Of a DNA stretch of 64,000 bases, positions 60,916 to 64,000 are shown one piece after another. The position numbers were made by a program, and so were the translations under genes. The stretch covers positions 32,736,001-32,800,000 of the forward strand of contig NC_079168.1 of NCBI RefSeq assembly GCF_947568905.1, read 5' to 3'. The notes beneath the pieces are model-generated. The model did no database searches and was not told where the DNA came from. It saw only the letters and a program-made list of their open reading frames with translations. The stretch is from Ostrea edulis (Eukaryota). Position 1 is the first letter of the stretch. Every line of letters begins with the position of its first letter.

Positions 60916-62784
60916 ATGGCCACTGTCACTTCAAACACCCATTCTGATATGACGGTATGTTCTATTTGTTTGGAACGTTACAAATCACCAAGGTATTTAC
61001 CGTGCACACACACTTTCTGTCATCCGTGTCTACTGTCACACATCAAGTCGTCGTGTGCGCACTGCAGTCTACCACTCGGATTTCCATGTCCACTGTGTAG
61101 AACGTTCGTCTCCGCGCCTGGTAATGTTGGCCAGTTCACTTCAGAAGAATGGGCTGACAGATTTCCAGAAAACCGATTTATGAGTTCCGTTACAAATAAA
61201 TGCGAGCCTTGTAACATTGATGGAGACGACAAACCTGCTAGTGGTTGGTGCAGAGACTGCTCCGAGGCTTTGTGCGAGGAGTGTCTTCAGTGGCACAAAA
61301 AATTCAAACCTTCTAGAAATCATGAAATAGTTCCTTTCACTGAAGGGGCTATTCCTTCTACTTCTACCTCCTCACTGGACATGTGCGAGGATCACGAGGG
61401 GCGAAAAATTGAAATGTTTTGTGAAAGTCATCTCGCACCATGTTGTGTCCTCTGTGTTACAACAGAACACGGTAAATGTAAAAGCATTTGTTCGATAGAG
61501 GAAGCGACCGATAAAGTAATAAAACCTGGGAAAGTAAAACGCTTGCGAGATGATGTCGATCGACTTGAAGTCATGTTAGAAAAGGTTATTACTGAAGAGA
61601 GAGCCAACATCCAAGAAATCGAAGATGTAGCCGACAAGTTAGGGGAAGAAATTTCGGGAGCGAAAGCAGCCATTATTGAAACTGTAACAAAGCTGGAAGA
61701 ACAACATTTAAACGAAGTAGGAAAAGCAACCAAAGATGCTAAAGCAAAGCTTCAAAAATCAATCAACAATTTCGAACAGAGGCAATGTTATCTTCGCCAT
61801 TGGAAAGAAATATTCGGGAAAAATTTATTGACTGATGGGTCACTAAAAACAATTGTCGCATTGTCTTATACCAAAATGGAACGAATATTTCAAACTTTGA
61901 GAGAAATGGAAATGTCTCAGCTCAGATTTGGAATTCAAGCCAAGATACAAGATGACGTTAAGAAATTGATGAAGTTACCTTTGCTTGCAGAAATTACCAC
62001 AAATGAACACAAAAGCCCTGTAATGCTAGATGAAATTGATATAGAAAATGCTGAAATCAACGTGATTTCTGAATTTACGATTGATGGTGCTAGTTTTACA
62101 GGAGGGGTTTATCTCCAGAATGGGGAATTAGTACTGGCTGATAATATAAACAAGAAACTCGTTCACTGTAGAACAGATGGGGAGATTCTGAGAAAGATGC
62201 CTCTGCGAGGTTCTCCATGGGATATTTGTGTCAACGAAGAAAATGATATTTATGTAACACTTCCAAAAAAAAAGAAAGTTTTAGTTATTAGTATTGATAC
62301 ATTCAACACAACAAAAACTGTTGAAGTTGATATTGAGTGCCGTGGAATAGCACAGTCAGGCAACACTATTGCATTAGGTTCTATAAATGTTCTAGAAGTA
62401 TTAAGTGCGGATTTTCGAAAATGTAGGAGTTCAAGCGATGTAAAAGGATTGTACGATGTAGCAGTAGATATGGAAGAAAATATCATTTATTCGAGTTACT
62501 CCAAACACAAAGTCTGGAAACAGGACAGAGAAGGAAATGTCTTGTTCACGTACAGTGATACAGAATTACAACATCCATATGGATTAACAGTGGACAGGAT
62601 TGGGAATATATATTTGAATGGTAACAGCAGCAACAATATACACATACTCTCACAGACCGGTAAAAAGTTAAGAATTCTGAATGACGTGAGGGAGCCACAA
62701 TGTATTAAATTCCAGGAGAACACGCACAGATTCTTTGTCGGTGAGGCAGGGGGACGGGTGAAAATATTTGAATTTATTGCATGA
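60916..62784 (+). CDS. TRIM array member
   Basis: 622-aa intact ATG ORF with all domains. Confidence 0.93.
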   Translation: MATVTSNTHSDMTVCSICLERYKSPRYLPCTHTFCHPCLLSHIKSSCAHCSLPLGFPCPLCRTFVSAPGNVGQFTSEEWADRFPENRFMSSVTNKCEPCNIDGDDKPASGWCRDCSEALCEECLQWHKKFKPSRNHEIVPFTEGAIPSTSTSSLDMCEDHEGRKIEMFCESHLAPCCVLCVTTEHGKCKSICSIEEATDKVIKPGKVKRLRDDVDRLEVMLEKVITEERANIQEIEDVADKLGEEISGAKAAIIETVTKLEEQHLNEVGKATKDAKAKLQKSINNFEQRQCYLRHWKEIFGKNLLTDGSLKTIVALSYTKMERIFQTLREMEMSQLRFGIQAKIQDDVKKLMKLPLLAEITTNEHKSPVMLDEIDIENAEINVISEFTIDGASFTGGVYLQNGELVLADNINKKLVHCRTDGEILRKMPLRGSPWDICVNEENDIYVTLPKKKKVLVISIDTFNTTKTVEVDIECRGIAQSGNTIALGSINVLEVLSADFRKCRSSSDVKGLYDVAVDMEENIIYSSYSKHKVWKQDREGNVLFTYSDTELQHPYGLTVDRIGNIYLNGNSSNNIHILSQTGKKLRILNDVREPQCIKFQENTHRFFVGEAGGRVKIFEFIA

Positions 62785-63516
62785 AACTTTCACCGAGTGA
62801 TTGCTGAAATGAAAGTTGAAGGTCTCCTTCTGAATTTTGGTTTGAAGTCAAAAGACAGAAAGACAATAACATGCATATTTTTTCTTCTTTCAATTGATCA
62901 TACTGTATTTACTCATTTGATATATAAAACGGAAATAAAATTATAGACAAAATTTTCTTACTTTATTCTAATGAGATATGTTTTATCTCGGAAGTTCATT
63001 TGAATGTAAGGAATTAGGCCCCCCTCAGTCATTCAGGTGACCTATTGCTATTGTTCTGCATCCACCATCATCCATTGCATTTTGAACTTCTTGATAGCTA
63101 CCGGATAAACCTTCCAATTCTTTTGAAATTTTGTATATGAAGCACCTTAGGGATGGAGTGGCATAAACTGCAAGTTTCAGGACTCCTGCACCCCCGGCCA
63201 CTTGGGGACAAAACTACCATAAATTGACCAATTTGCAAGTCTTCTCTACAACTGCACACGTGCAAGAAAAACTGCATAGTTATGTAGGGCAGGAATTCGA
63301 GGCTTCTACTAAAATTGTAAATTTCATGATCTCTGGGGTAGAGGTTCTGACTCTAGGGCAGGGCCAAGTTAAATAGAACCAACTTGTATGTACTACACCA
63401 TAAGTTTATAGGTTCTTTACATCTTCCTATGCACAAAAAACAAGTAACATTTTCTAATTTAAAAATCTGTTTTTTAAAATATTCATTACTTTATTATTGT
63501 GTTTTATTGTGCTGCT

Positions 63517-64000
63517 GAGAGAAAAAATCTCTCGCTGTGGCCTTCAATTCGACATTTCGATATATCGATGACGTTTTGTCTATTAACAATAATAACTTTC
63601 ATTCATATGTCGATTTGATATATCCCTGTGAGCTCGAAATAAAGGACACCACAGAGTCGTCCATTTCTGCTTCATACTTAGATATTTTATTGAAAGTAGA
63701 CATTAACGGCAAACTTATAACTCAACTGTATGACAAACGGGATGATTTCAGCTTCTCCATCAACTTCCCATATTTATGTAGCAATATTCCATTATCACCT
63801 GCATATGGTGTTCATATATCTCAACTGATTCGATATGCAAGAGCTTGTTCTGCGTATAGTCAGTTTTTAAATCGAGGCAAGCTACTGACAAACAATTTGA
63901 TGGTACAGGGGTTTCAACAGTCTCGATTGAAGTCAACATTTCGCAAATTCTATGGTCGTTATAACGATCCCGTGCGTCAATACAACCTATCATTGGGTCA
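63517..64000 (+). mobile_element. Penelope-like retroelement fragment, same insertion as 22322-23061 (runs off the window)
   Basis: Near-identical sequence and identical 5' junction. Confidence 0.8.

Noticed and set aside
57680-62784. Model in which the TRIM was ancestrally nested in a VPS33B intron
   Set aside because: The array begins on the left with a TRIM promoter rather than VPS33B exons, which fits a convergent neighbour better. Not fully excluded without the right flank.

Overview
AT-rich eukaryotic DNA; the repeat families and gene type suggest a bivalve mollusc, probably oyster-like (inference). The window holds a tandem array of seven + strand TRIM loci whose coding regions have no introns (RING, B-box1, B-box2, coiled coil, NHL-like beta-propeller). 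One locus is divergent (772). Six are close paralogs (7773, 19221/19714, 34910, 45579, 53158, 60916) lying in a ~7.6 kb core unit that transposon insertions expand to as much as ~15.7 kb. The main feature missing from the ORF track is on the - strand: the units also carry copies of the last two coding exons of a VPS33B-like (Sec1/Munc18 family) gene. There are five copies of a 111-nt penultimate exon with intact AG/GT sites and four copies of the terminal exon. Two terminal exons are full length, one has an in-frame 6-nt deletion and one is inverted; the fifth has been deleted. The array therefore amplifies a TRIM gene together with VPS33B 3' exons facing it. The paralogs are mosaics of one another and differ mostly in the propeller loops. 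Some have lost Zn ligands, and one is a frameshifted chimera joined at a 3-nt microhomology. Spacers contain L2/CR1-like and Tx1-like LINEs, Penelope-like fragments, tRNA-derived SINEs, Kolobok-, hAT- and MULE-like non-autonomous elements, Helentron-like elements and VNTRs. All calls come from reading the sequence by eye; no searches were run.
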